Shown here one piece after another: positions 1-12,346 of a DNA stretch of 64,000 nt. The translations under genes and the position numbers were made by a program. The stretch covers positions 62,992,001 through 63,056,000 of the forward strand of contig NC_043005.1 of assembly GCF_006345805.1 (NCBI RefSeq), in the 5' to 3' direction. Each line of letters opens with the position of its first letter. Positions within the stretch are counted from its first letter, which is position 1. This DNA comes from Octopus sinensis (taxonomy: Eukaryota). The notes under the pieces were generated by a model. The model saw nothing but the letters and a program-made list of their open reading frames with translations. It ran no database searches and was not told the origin of the DNA.

Positions 1-190
1 TATGAGAAGTGACATATGGAAGATGCAAGAAGATGGAAGGTATTATAAGCTAATGCTGGAACAAAGTTGGACAAGGAAAACTAAAGAAAGATCTAAGATG
101 AAAATCCTATATAAGAACTTACGTGTTTGACCTCCTAGATAAATGGTGTGAGAGAAACTGATTGCTTAAGTGTGAGAAAATCAATCTGAG
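1..190 (+). mobile_element. possible highly decayed RTE LINE ORF2 C-terminal remnant
   Basis: Frame 2 reads SDIWKMQEDGRYYKLMLEQSWTRKTKERSKMK, loosely like the RTE end motif GHV.RM.E.R..K..L....G.R.RGRPK; weak. Confidence 0.2.
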
Positions 191-969
191 CAGATGAAAT
201 AATTTCTGATAAAAAATGTATAATCGTAATAGGTTTTTAACAAAATAATAAAGATTATAGTGGTTTTCCTTATAAATACCGATATTTCATAACAGAATTT
301 GATTTACATGTTCTTTTCATAAGCAAAGATTTCATATAGGAATCTAAGTGAAACTATTCAGTGGTAAGAGGGGCGATATTTAATCAAAAATACAAGTTGT
401 TATTAAATGAAACTATTTAAGATGGTGAAGTAGAAGAAATGATAGAGTTTGGCACAAAATATTTTGTAGTATTTTGTTGTCACTTACAATTTGTATCACA
501 AATTGTACTAGAGCAGAATTTGCTTTTGCTTTCAACCTCAGGGGTTGTGAATATCAGTACAATTGGCACTGCTGTCCTCAGCACTTTCTCCATAGAGGTG
601 TGGTTTTCTGATAATGTAAGAATTATTTCATGTTATTTAAATCATGTTACTGAAGAAGCAAGTCATTATCACTTAGAATAAAAATTCTAAGATATCAACA
701 AAGAATTTATTTCTCATTGTCTTTTGCCAAAGATGAAAAGGGTACTAACCAATTTCAAGGAGAAGAAGAAAGTCCGTAAAAGTAAGAAAATTTAAAACTT
801 AAAAGGGTGAGAATGATGACCAATAATGTGAGGAAGAGAGAAATTACAAATTGAGCAAAGAACCAGTAAATAAATATCAGGCATATGTTGAGTACATTGT
901 TGTCACATTAAAAAACTATTTTTGGTAAATTTTGCTGATAATCTGGTTTGATAAAACAGAATAATACAT

Positions 970-1270
970 TTAAAGAAGGTTGTTGTGTAAGGCCAGATAA
1001 TGCAAGAAGCTAAAAAGTAAACTACAAAAGGAAAAGAAGAGAAAACAGAACAAAGTTGCAGTTTTACATTGTATTTCTATATTTCAGGGTCACCTTCTTC
1101 CCCTACCTCTCCCACATCTGAGCAACGACTTTTTCCAACTACTGCTTTTTCCAAATGTCCTGAAGAAGTGGCCTTCACCCCAAAATATAGAAATACAAGG
1201 CAAAACTGCAACTTTTCTTTCCTTTTCTTATCCTTTTGTAGTTTATTTTGTGCCTTCTTGCCTTCTTTAA
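970..1270. mobile_element. fold-back (palindromic) MITE with TTAA ends, Kolobok-like termini
   Basis: ttaaAGAAGG at 970-979 is the exact reverse complement of CCTTCTttaa at 1261-1270; arms 1002-1084 and 1183-1261 are clearly inverted copies (e.g. aagttgcagtttt..ttgtatttctatattt). Confidence 0.6.
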
Positions 1271-4119
1271 GGTTATACCTCACAATACTTCACCAAAACT
1301 ACCTCAGAAAAAAAAAAGCTGCAGATGGAAATCCTCAGATATTATATAAATCAAAATAAACAAACTCATACCTACTTATAGTGGTTAGTGAAATCAGGGG
1401 TCAAGCGAATGTCTTCAGAAAGACTATAAATGGGCTTTGCTTGAAACATCTGTTATCTGTTTCAAGGAGAACTTTGCAGGAAGAATCAGGACTCAAATCT
1501 CACAATGTTATAGAAACTTGCAAACATAAACAAGAGACCTGGTGTTTATTTTATCCTTTATTTGCCGAGAAGATGAGTTACAGCTTATGATGGAAATTAG
1601 TTATATACATAAATAGAAATAGAGCCTAAATTTTAATGAGATTAGATTAATGTATCTGAAAGTCTTCACTTTGAAATACATGTAATGTCTAAAAGGAGAA
1701 TATAAGCTTGATATAAAACTATTCACTCATCTATAACTTTATCATAAACCATTATCATTATTAAATCAGAAACCATATATGATGAACAAGTAAAACTGGT
1801 TGTTTTGTTAACCCAATAGCATCATTCAGGATCTTGTCCCTTTTCAAGTAATGTCACTAAAAGTTATCAAATTTATCTTTTTATTTACAGCTTATATTAT
1901 TGTAATAGCACAAATCATACCTATATGAACTAGGTTAAATAAAAATTTGATTTAACCATAATGTAGTGCCTTTTCATATCCCAAATCAATAACTTGCTTT
2001 GTTTTGATTTCTAATAAATCAAGATTGCAGGGGAAATTTAATTTTAATTTACCCTATTCTATGTATTTTCCATTCTTGGCATAAAAGGACACAAAGAAGT
2101 GAAAATGAAGTATACAGAAAATCATTTTTTCATACACATATTTCAATATGCATGTTTACATAAATAAATAATTCTTCACCAAGGATTAAAGTATAGACCA
2201 TGAAGAATAATAGAAAATGTTTTGATTAATTTATTATTGAGCTGCCAAGAAAATGATGTTTTCCTGATATGCATTCTCAATGAAAACAATTAAATCGAAT
2301 ATATTTTCCATCATATTTCAGAGAAAATGTTGGTATTTATGACTAAAATACAGCCAGAATACAATTATATACAGTCATTATGAAGTTGTGCCATTAATGA
2401 AAAATGACAGTTGAGTATTTGGAGAGAGCAGTTCAGTTAATTGTAGTTCAGAGGCTTGAGAATACACACACGACACACTACACATGTGTTTGTGAGTGTG
2501 TATATGTTTATGTGTACATATATATCTTTCAATGTTTGTATGACTGAGATGTGGTAGTTTTTTTTTTGCAGGTAGTTTTGCAATTTTTACAATTCCATGA
2601 TGCTGTTAACTTCATCTCTGAACAGTGATACAGAAGTGTAATCTGGAGTGTCAGTCATGCAAAGTAGTGTAAGTAAAGAGTTATGATATTGCCCTTGTGC
2701 ACAACAAAAGATAGAGTAATATGGCACTGGTCATTAACCAACTGTCTTATCCTCACAGGAATATAGATGAATATGCATCAGTAGTAACAGATGCACATCA
2801 CTAAATAGCACATATGGGGTTGACTTCTGGTAACTGAAATTTTCTTTTGTTTGTAGTTCCCTAAAGAGAACTACAACAAAAGAACATTAATGTATCAGTA
2901 TAAACATACCGCACTGGCTTCTATTATTTTTCGGTAGCTATTCTGAATTGCTAAAGAGAATTATGACTGGCTTATAGATGTATTTAATGGCTTTGTTCTC
3001 TTTAAATTAATTGCTAAAACAATTGCCTGCAGCTTGTTTATGAAGGCTTGGATTGTTTAACATTTTTTATTCAATGTCTGCAGCTCCTGTTTTATCAAAT
3101 TATTATATGTTGTTCATGGCTGAAATAGCTCAACCAATCATTATATAAGTTGCCACTTTTATCTAGTAGAGCAAGGTATTAAACATTTCAATGATAACAA
3201 CAGTAATGTCTGGATAAGATGCATAATACACTGTGTTAGCTTTACATGTACATTCATGCACCAATTTTGAGTTATGGGATAGAAAAGCTCACTGGGTAGG
3301 GTACTAAGCTCTGATCACCTCTTTTTATCTAATACACTTATTCAAATCTTGAATGTTCAGTCCTGGGAAACAAGCTGGAAAAATGACTGTAAAACAATCA
3401 TTGTATGCTTGGATTCTTTCAAAAAGAGCATAGTTTGATTTATGATCACTTTGGGAAATTAGAAGAACCAAAAATTTGTGTAATGATAGTGTGTTGCATT
3501 TCATTATGTTTAAATTTTACAGAACTGATTTTCTTCATGATTTGTGTTTTAGAATGAAAAACAAACCCTGAATAATATGCAGATTAAGAATCACCAATTG
3601 ATTTCTAGAAAAAAATAATTCATCTAAAATGTTCCTTAGTTAATTGAAACATGTTTTAGGTGATTATGAAAACTGTAACCATTTGCAAAATTTAATTATA
3701 GTTGGATCTCTCAATATAATATTTTTACATTAAGCTTGAAAAAAAGAGAATTTATGGACAAATTCAAATTTGTTCAAGTACTTCATTGAAATAAAAACCA
3801 TTTCATTTGATCAATGTGTACATGATCAATAAAATATAAAAATAAGTATATTTTGAGCTTTAAAACTACAAATTCATTTCTGAACAAATTGACACTACAT
3901 TGATATAACTGCTTATTTTTCCCCATTATGATCAAAAGCAGAAATTGCAGTATGATTTGATGAATAAATGTCTTGCTGAAACCATGACAATCAAATAATT
4001 CACATAATAATTAGAATCAATGTTTGGAACACATTGGAAACTTAACTAAAATGTTTACTTCTACCTATTCAAAATTCCTACACTGTTGCTTTCACTAGTG
4101 TTTTTCATGTTAAGGAGGT

Positions 4120-4322
4120 TAGCTGACAAAATCATTTGAGTATAGGAAAGAAAATTACTTCATGGAATCTGTTTTATGTTCTAGGTTCAAATTCTGTCAT
4201 AGTCTTTTGTACTTTTGTGGTCAATAAACTAGATTAATGGGACTGATACTGGGACTGATTGTGTTGACTTAACCATTCCCCTCAAATATACTGGCTTTCT
4301 GCCTAAATTAAAAACAATCATT
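4120..4322 (+). mobile_element. very degenerate family-B SINE
   Basis: ttctaggttcaaattctg (B-box-like), ...tactgggactgattg..gacttaacc...cccctcaaa; colinear with the clearer copies at 12133 and 26746. Confidence 0.3.
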
Positions 4323-4829
4323 AGTTTTGACATTAATAGGTAATAAATGTGGGAATAAGTCAAATAAAATATTGAATGCCTTGTCATATTTAGTTGCATC
4401 TCTTTACATTCTCAGATGATATCTTGTCAGTGTCAAGTACCAGGAAACTGTAGGAGTGGTTTAAATTGACTACACCTTTACCAGGAAATATGTAGTCTTG
4501 TACAAGAGTAGGGAATCAATATTAGTTTCCACAATCCTAGCTGCTTCATTTGGTCATTCAAACAACAAACTATTGACCCACATTTCCCATACGCTATTTA
4601 TAAACTTTTGCTTCAGTTAACACTGTTTAATATCAATTCATTCTTCACTGTACACTTTACAGACTTTAGCTGTTTTAAATGTCAACTTTAGCATATTGGT
4701 TTAACTGATGAACTGACTGACTGGAACTTGCATGCTAACTGCTTTGAGTGCAAGGCTTAAACTGTACTGACCAGTGAGGCTTCACTTTGATTTTCATAAC
4801 ACCAAAACAAGTACATATTGTGAATTGTT

Positions 4830-5230
4830 GTTGTGCAACCCTAGGTCTGCCCAGATTGAGCAGTTTTATGATATGCAAGTAATAGTCAAACAATGAAACC
4901 TGACCTACAAATGCTGCTTTCTACTTATATCATTTCTGCATAAAGAGTAAACACATTACATATTCCCAATGTTCACTGATAAATTGTAACTGGTGCAGTG
5001 TTAGATTTTGGATATTTATAGCACTATCTCAATTGTCTTGTATACTCATAGTTTCTGAGAGTAGCAACTGTTGGGTAGCAAGGTAGACTTGGTCAGCACA
5101 TGACATTTGCTGCTGCTTTGTACTTATTGTTGGTGATGCTCATCTCAGCACAATGCTGGTGTAAGTATTTGTAGATGAATGTAATGATTTCTCCAGGCCC
5201 CAGGTAGCTGAGTACTTTTGATTTTGACTT
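4830..5230 (-). mobile_element. decayed RTE/RTEX LINE ORF2 C-terminal remnant
   Basis: Minus frame KYSATWGLEKSLHSSTNTYTSIVLR*ASPTISTKQQQMS..QVY...LSETM resembles YGSETWTL.K.L...LDGTYTRMLR.A.NISWK.H.T...LYG.LP..SETI; GRPR further downstream. Confidence 0.35.
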
Positions 5231-5318
5231 GCCTTGAGGTTTCTGAATTTTTTTTACCTTTCTTTTTTGCTTTTTACATGTCTGTTGGAAGAACAAAATT
5301 AAATCTATGGTCTAGAAA

Positions 5319-5708
5319 CAGGTGCGGCTGTGTAGTAAGAAGCTTGCTTCCCAGCCACCTGGTTCTTAGTTCAGTCCCACAGTGTCGAAGCTTGGGCAAG
5401 TGTCTTCTACTATATCCTCATGCCAACTAAAGCCTTATGAATGGATTTGGTAGACAGAAACTGACAAAAGACTATTTTATATACGCACGTGCGTGTGTGT
5501 GTTTGACCCTCCACCACTGCCTTGACAACCAGTGCTGGTGTATTTAGGTCCCTGTAACTTAGTGGTTTGGCAAAAAAGACTAATAAAATAAGCACCATAC
5601 TTTAAAAAAATAAGTGCTGGGGGTCACTTCATTTTACTAAAAATTCTCCAAGGTGGTGCCCCAGCATGGCCACAATCTAAAGACCGAAACAAATAAAAGA
5701 TAAAAGAA
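5319..5708 (+). mobile_element. family-A tRNA-derived SINE (CORE-like segment, internal microsatellite), diverged
   Basis: A-box-like ggctgtgtagt, B-box-like gttcagtccc, cttgggcaagtgtcttctactat, tail ggtgccccagcatggcc...gaaacaaataaaaga. Confidence 0.9.
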
Positions 5709-7829
5709 TTTAAGTAGAAAGTGTGTATTTTTCACTTTATGGATTTTGGTGGCTGATTTTTAAGAAATGTCTAATGCGTTTGCTTGGATTTGTAGTGTAG
5801 GTATACTGAAGTTGTTATTATGACACATAACATAGCTTGTCCATTGTTTCTGATGCTATAATATCTTTCATATGATGTTCTGCTAGGTTTGTGGTTTATG
5901 TTTGATACAAGTGTATGACACTTTTTGCTTTTCATATGATTTATTTATTCATTTATTTCCTTATTTAGTTGATTGATGCTGAGCTTTATTTTGGTTGTCT
6001 GCTGCTTTGAGATATTGTATTTCAAGTTATCTCTGATATTTATAAGATTGGTTATTTCTGATGTATAATTGGGTTATGTTTTTTTACATGGCTTAGATGC
6101 TTCTATAATTAGACAATAATGAATGCATGTTCTCATGTATTAGACCAACCCCATTGTGGAATAATCAGTCTTATCTGATTTGAGTATAATCTGGAATGAA
6201 GCTTTTCTGTGTTCTGGTAGTAAAAAATGTTTTCAGAACTATAAGTACAACTGCTGTGAATGATGATGATCCTCTAGTTCCACAAAGGGACTTTTAATTG
6301 TATCTGTGAATTTTGAAGTTTTATAGTATTTTTGTATGGGCGACATTTATTCTTTAATGTATTCTGTGTGATTCTGTGATGTTGGGAGGACAATTGTTCT
6401 TCTTTCAGTGTTATTTTACCTGTAAAGTCACATGTTTATCAAAATTAGTTTTATATGTTTTTGCTTGAGGCTGTTTGTGAGTGATCTTGAAAACTTTTTA
6501 AGGCATAGAGGTGTCTAAAAGCCTTCTCAGTGTAGATTTGTAGTCATTTCCTTCACATGTAAAATATTTTCCTGAATCAAGTATACAACATCCAGTTATC
6601 CTCTAAGACATGATTATACTATCTTCCTTTCTGACATATATTATATTTAGCATTATTTGATCTTGTGTGATTAACTATTTTTTAAGATGGTAAGATAGTT
6701 TCTAATGAAAATTTGGTTTTGATTTTTTGCAGGCCAAGGGACTACGTAATGACTTCCTCGAAAAATTTCTCTCATTAATTCAGGTATCTATACAATTTAC
6801 TCAATGTCATCCACAAACTATCACATCCTGTCATATATTCAGGATATTACAATCCATTATTTTCTATATTATGATTTAAGTGTACGTGGTATTATCCAAA
6901 TATAAAAATTCATGCCTTGCACTACCTATGATATTACAAATCTTTTGTATGCCTGTGTATTGGTATCATCTAATAAATATTTCCTATTTCTTTTTCATAT
7001 CCCATACTATAATAGAAATGTAAATACACATTTATCTGTATTAAAAGTATTCCTATTTCAAAAGAATGTGTATATTTGAAAAAAAAATTACTGCATTCAA
7101 TAACTGAAGATAAATATATATAAAATTTTAAAATGAATTGTTTTTAAGGAAATAAGTTTTGAGTTATACTACTTCAAAGCAAAGAGGAATTCTATTTCAT
7201 TATTAAAAACTTATAGCTATAACTTTCATGAGAATTGCACTGGCAAAATAAAAGAATATTTGACAAATTTACAATATGAAAGGAAAACCTATTTCAACAA
7301 TTTTGCAAAATTTATTTTACTATTATTATTGTAAATACAAGAATTATTATTTAACAACATTTAAGCAAAAGAAAATAAAAAAAGCATTTTTTGCTAAATG
7401 CAAGACATTGTTGAAATTAATATAACCAAGAAATTAATTTTGAATAATATAAATCCCTTAAAATGTACCTTTTGATTTTAAACTACTTATTGAAAAATAA
7501 ACTTTGTATTCTCTGCTACAGAAACATAGAGAAAATTATTCAGTCAATAGTTTAACATTGCTTTTTTAATCTAAATTATTCTGTTACTGTCTATGAATGG
7601 AGCACTTTAACTATGGAACAAAACTGAAGTTATAATATATTATATACACAAAATCTATATTATTTATAAGATAATCGACTGGACAACAGTATAAGAAAAT
7701 TGAAAACATATTCTGTTATAGATATGACAAGATATGACATTTATTATTTATATATTTGTAAAGAATACTGCTGATGAATATTTTAAGTTAATATATACAT
7801 ACATTTCTAGGATTCTACAGCTCAGTGGA

Positions 7830-8150
7830 GCAGCTATGGTAGTTCATTACTAGGACTGTGAATAAAATGCCAGTCATATGCTTTATTTCCAAATATGAAA
7901 ATAAGGATGGAGTACGATTATTTGTTAAAGCTTCACCAGTATGACCAAAATATAGCAAGATAGATAATATTACTGATTGATTATCTTCAAAGACATTCCA
8001 AAGTTGTTTATCACTTGACATGCAGAAAAAAATAATATATAACTCAAAAAGTAGAAAGACTATAATTTTCAAAGATATTCACTTGTAAGACTGCTTCATG
8101 AGTACTAACAATGAAGAATTTATACCATTTCCAGAAACAAATGCTTTATA
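7830..8150 (+). mobile_element. highly decayed mariner transposase C-terminal remnant
   Basis: Across frameshifts: VVHY*D..NASH...K*GWSTI, LHQYDQNIAR, STNNEEFI, in the order of FHHDNARPH..GWEVL.HPPYSPDIAP..NNGEY. Confidence 0.3.
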
Positions 8151-8987
8151 AAAACATATCATTTCAAAAGAATGCATATCATGGTTCTCTATGAACTTAC
8201 ATGGCTATTTTGAAAACTACAGGATTGCTGGAATTTCCATGGCACTAATAGCAGGTATAATGTTTGTTTGTGAAAAGGTGAGTGTAACTAATTGTATTGA
8301 ACCAAAAATATTATAAATAATTAGTCTTAGAGAGGTGGAAAGTAGGGTTAATATCAGTTGGGTTTAAACTTTAAACATAAAGGACTGAAATAAAATTTTA
8401 CTATGGTTTTAACCTAGTGTCCAGCTCTCAGTTACATCTACTCCCTAACTCATTGCAATACAATTACTAGTTGAAACAGGTATGACTTATTGGTTGCCTA
8501 ATATTTGCAAGAATAAAGATACAAAAATTATTCATTAGAAATATCCATAGTAAATTAGCATAATGTTAATAGACTGATTAATAGTTATTAGCATTATAAG
8601 CTATATTTATGTTATTAATTCAATTTTTATATTTTTACTTTTAGTAATTCTGTAGGTACTAAAAACATCATTATCATGATCTGTAGAAAATACAAATGTT
8701 ATATGTTTGAGGGCTTTTAATTACTTATGTATGGATGAATATAAGTAACATGGATTATTTCTTAGTCATTTTTGGGGAATTGCAAATGAAAAGGATTTTA
8801 AAACAAACATCCCATAAATATTTGGTGCACACCCAAATTCCTACCAAGTAGAGAAAAGAAATAGAAAGAGTTCTGTTCAATATATAGAAAGCAGTTTGAA
8901 AAGAAGTGCTTATTGTTAAAAAGAAAACACACATGCCTGTACACACACACACACACATGCATGTATATGTGTATGTGTGTGTATGGT

Positions 8988-9330
8988 GTGACACCTTGCG
9001 CAAGTGTCTTCTACTATAACCTTGGGCCAACCAAACTTGTGAGTGGATATGGAAGATGGAAACTGAAAGAAGCCTGTTGTATATATATATGTATATATAT
9101 ATATATGTATGTATGTTTTTGTGCATATGTTTGTCCCACCATCACTGCTTGACAACCAGTGTTGATGTGTTTATATGTCCGTAACTTAGTGGTTTAGCAA
9201 AAGAGACCAATGAAATAAATACTAGGCTTCAAAAATCAAATGTTGGGGTTGATTTGTTTGATTAAAACCTTTCAATGCAGTGCTCCAGCATGGCCATTGA
9301 CAAATGACTGAAACAAATAAAAGAATAAAA
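8988..9330 (+). mobile_element. family-A SINE lacking most of the tRNA head
   Basis: caagtgtcttctactata...gaaactgaaagaagcc-(TA)n-tgtttgtccc...gtgctccagcatggcc...tgactgaaacaaataaaaga. Confidence 0.85.
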
Positions 9331-10099
9331 TAACATATTGTATATGTAATTTTATGTATACTTTCCTTGCTTGCCAACATCTTTCAATGTTCATTTAGTT
9401 TCTGTCGCTGTTTTCTCTTCCTATCACCAACTCCTTTACAGAATGCACTTTACAGAGTGCATCAACTACTTTACAGAATGCTAGTGCCACAAAAAAGAAC
9501 TCTGTGCTTTTTTTGTGACACTAGCTCTAGAGGAGTTGCCAGGTCAGACAAACTCTAAATCACACTTTATAGAATGTATTGCTTGAATGGATTCATTGAA
9601 CCAACAATAAGGTTGTCTCATACCTTGGAGATTAGAGAGATATTACCATTGTTAACATTTTGTTTACTTGGGGTTAAGTGACTGAGGAGATGACTGGAAG
9701 GGCCAGGTGATGGCAGAAGAAGAATCAGAATGAGTGGGAGAGGAGAGTGACTGGGATGAGAAGATTGTGGAAAAGTGAGAGAGAGAGAGAGAGAGGGAGT
9801 GGTGGATAAATGGCAAGAGTGAAGATGGATATCCATGCTATGTTGCCAAAGTGGGGGCTTGTTCAACTACTTTCAGAGTACACTAAGTACTTCAGGAGCA
9901 AGGGTAGAAAGGATGTGCATGTGGATGAAATATGTGTGTGAATGTATATGCACGTATGTATAGTGTGTGTGCAAGTGTGTGTGTGTGTGTGAGTGTGTAA
10001 AAGATAAATATATAGTCATATATGAATGCCAGCCTATTTTGTTGTTATACCCCTCTTCTATAAGGTTGTATTCATTATCAATAACACACTGGGTATTGT

Positions 10100-10133
10100 A
10101 TGTGTGTGCATGTGTGTGTTTGTATATTTGTGT

Positions 10134-10187
<54 letters not shown>
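10100..10187. repeat. (TG)n microsatellite
   Basis: Long TG run, part of a TG-rich tract starting about 9940. Confidence 0.95.
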
Positions 10188-10444
10188 CCGCACACAATTG
10201 CGACTGCTACTTTATATGAGATAAGCAGCAGTTACATTCCTGAACCACAACTCTGATCACTTAGCTGACAGTGCTCTGAAGATTGGAAAGTAATAAGATA
10301 CCTTTAGGCAGTGTAATTGGTATAGATGATCAGTTATCACCTCTTATACATTTAAGATAGGTGACATTATTTGACATTCTCAGAAAAGCAATTTTGGCAT
10401 CTCTTGGCTGGTAATATTAGCTTATTCCTTTTATTTAAAACAAT

Positions 10445-10685
10445 ATTATCTACCATCTTTCCAACAACAACCTTGGGCACCTTTTTGAAAACCATATGAC
10501 AAACACTGGCGGACATGCTTATAACATCAAAAAACAACACAGCATCCCCGTGACTTTCAGAAACATTTTTTTCACGCTCAGAATTGCTGAAGGATGGAAT
10601 AAACTATCTGCATCAGTTGTTAGCTGTTGAGACACTGCATCCTTCAAAACTTCCATGCTTCCTGAAATCTGCCAACAGTACATCT
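10445..10685 (+). mobile_element. CR1-type LINE 3' end fragment
   Basis: TGGHAYNIKKQHS / FRKHFFTLRIAEGWNKLSASVVSC*DTASFKTSM matches the CR1 terminal motif TRGH..KL.K...RK.FF..RV...WN.LP..VV...S...FK. Confidence 0.75.
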
Positions 10686-10807
10686 GATGGCTTTTTTTTA
10701 GTTGTGGTGCATCTGAGCACTGAATAGAACAATTTCTTTCATTATATCATATATACATGCGCACAATATGTAAAGTAATACTTCGGTTATTTCCGGATAT
10801 GTGGAGA

Positions 10808-10950
10808 CACACAAACACTGTCTCATACAGGTACAGGCATGTGTGCGCACACAAACACACAGTCTCATACAGTTAGGTACGTATATAAACACACACAATC
10901 TCATACAGTTACGCGTACACACACACACACACACACATACACACACACAC
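10808..10950. repeat. three ~40-bp imperfect units (acacacagtctcatacag.ta) followed by (CA)n
   Basis: tctcatacag recurs at 10821, 10863 and 10899. Confidence 0.8.
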
Positions 10951-11198
10951 AATCAGCATCATATTTTTCATTTATTTATTTTTATTATTGGAATGCTAAC
11001 GTTGAGGGAGGAGAAGGGTATACTGAGTGGCTAAAACAGACTGACTTTGTCAGTCTCATATGGGAGAAAAAGGAGGGTGTATCGAGTGAATAAAATGGAC
11101 TGACACGTGTTGGAGTTAGTCCCCCAAAACTGATTTTATTTATATAGATTGGAGTTGGATGTTAGATGATGTTAAGTGTTTTACCGAGGCAGAAGCCG

Positions 11199-11283
11199 CA
11201 TGAATGATACAGTGTCATACTCTTTATCTAATATTGGTCATGAATGATACATGTCATACTCTTTATCTAATATTGGTCATGAA
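11199..11283. repeat. ~40-bp tandem duplication
   Basis: catgaatgataca(g)tgtcatactctttatctaatattggt twice, then catgaa. Confidence 0.95.
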
Positions 11284-11597
11284 AAGCTGGCAGCTTTGCT
11301 ATTGGTTTTGATTTCTAAATATACTTTGTTATACTTCTAGAGTTTGTTGACAGACCAAGTCACTCTACTATTGCAGTTAACTCTTGAGTGTTTTTATATG
11401 CTATACAGTTTGATGATGTGTGTTGCTGGTGGAGATATCACCTTGGTGATAATGTTTTCCTCTAGATACATGCCATCTGGAAAATGCCATAGCACTTTCA
11501 TAGCAAATTTGGAAATCAAAAACTTCCATAATTGCATGGGCAGTCTTGGATAAGGCACAGCACTTAATAACAGATCAAATTCAACTATCATTCTACT

Positions 11598-11826
11598 TTA
11601 ACCCTTTCATTCCCAATCCGGCTGAAACTGGCTCTGTCTCTTTAGTACAGATGTTTTGTTTTCATAAGTTTTGAATTAAAATCTTCCACCAAATCTTAAT
11701 CACAATTTATGTTCCTGACACTAGCTGAATGATAACTAAGTTATTTTACTAAATTCTTTGTAATATTTAAAGTAATTGAAAGAAATACAGAGCATCTCAA
11801 AATAAATGCAGTAACGAAAGGGTTAA
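11598..11826. mobile_element. piggyBac-like MITE
   Basis: TTAA|CCCTTTC ... GAAAGGG|TTAA terminal inverted repeats with TTAA at both ends; non-coding interior. Confidence 0.75.
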
Positions 11827-12132
11827 CCTTAAATAAAAGAAGAATAAATTAATTTCAATTTGTTAATAATACATGCTTAACTTCTCCATTTAAAAATTCA
11901 AAGAAGACTTCCATTTTTCTGTCTGACATAATTGCTTCAAATTATAAATTATTTTATAACTTTAAGATACACTGACATGTATATACAGTCTACAGAGGGA
12001 GTGAATCCCTACCATCTTCCAGTGACAGGACCACCAGACCATATGGTTTCAAGCTGGAAGATGATAGGGGTTTGTTGGAAGATGGTAGGGGTTTGCTCTT
12101 CTGCTTGCAATATACATTGGGTACATAAAGCA

Positions 12133-12346
12133 GTGATCTGGCAGAAACGTAAGCATGCCAGGCGAAATGCTTAGCAGTATTTCATCTGTCATTATGTTCT
12201 GAGTTCAAATTCTGCCAATGTCGACTTTGCTTTCATCCTTTCGGGGTCAATAACTTAAGTACTAGTTGCATACTGGGGTTGATCTAATCAACTGGTCCCC
12301 TCCCCACCAAAACATTTCGGGCTTTGTGCCTAGAGTAGAAAAGAAT
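12133..12346 (+). mobile_element. family-B SINE (tRNA-like head plus gactttgc.ttcatcctttcggggtc central domain)
   Basis: ctggcagaaacg...gttctgagttcaaattc...ttcatcctttcggggtc...tgtgcctagagtagaaaaga. Confidence 0.9.

Noticed and set aside
489-608. Minus-strand exon-like segment (ag...gtaagt) reading ENHTSMEKVLRTAVPIVLIFTTPEVESKSKFCSSTICDTN
   Set aside because: No known domain; the LRTA...SSTI pattern is as well explained by a decayed RTE C-terminus, and no partner exons were found
5052-5160. Apparent signal-peptide first exon MTFAAALYLLLVMLISAQCW with phase-1 gtaagt donor
   Set aside because: Overlaps the antisense of an RTE/RTEX-like remnant, and the nearest good downstream exon candidate (6733-6783) is phase-incompatible. 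RNA-seq junction reads would overturn this
5720-6700. Possible Penelope GIY-YIG/RT fossil on the minus strand
   Set aside because: Only scattered residues (QT.NLAEH) could be matched by eye; needs a translated HMM search
6733-8280. Plus-strand exon candidates 6733-6783 (AKGLRNDFLEKFLSLIQ) and about 8222-8277 (IAGISMALIAGIMFVCEK, aag|gtgagt)
   Set aside because: Phases do not join, no recognisable protein, and the sequence between them looks like a mariner fossil
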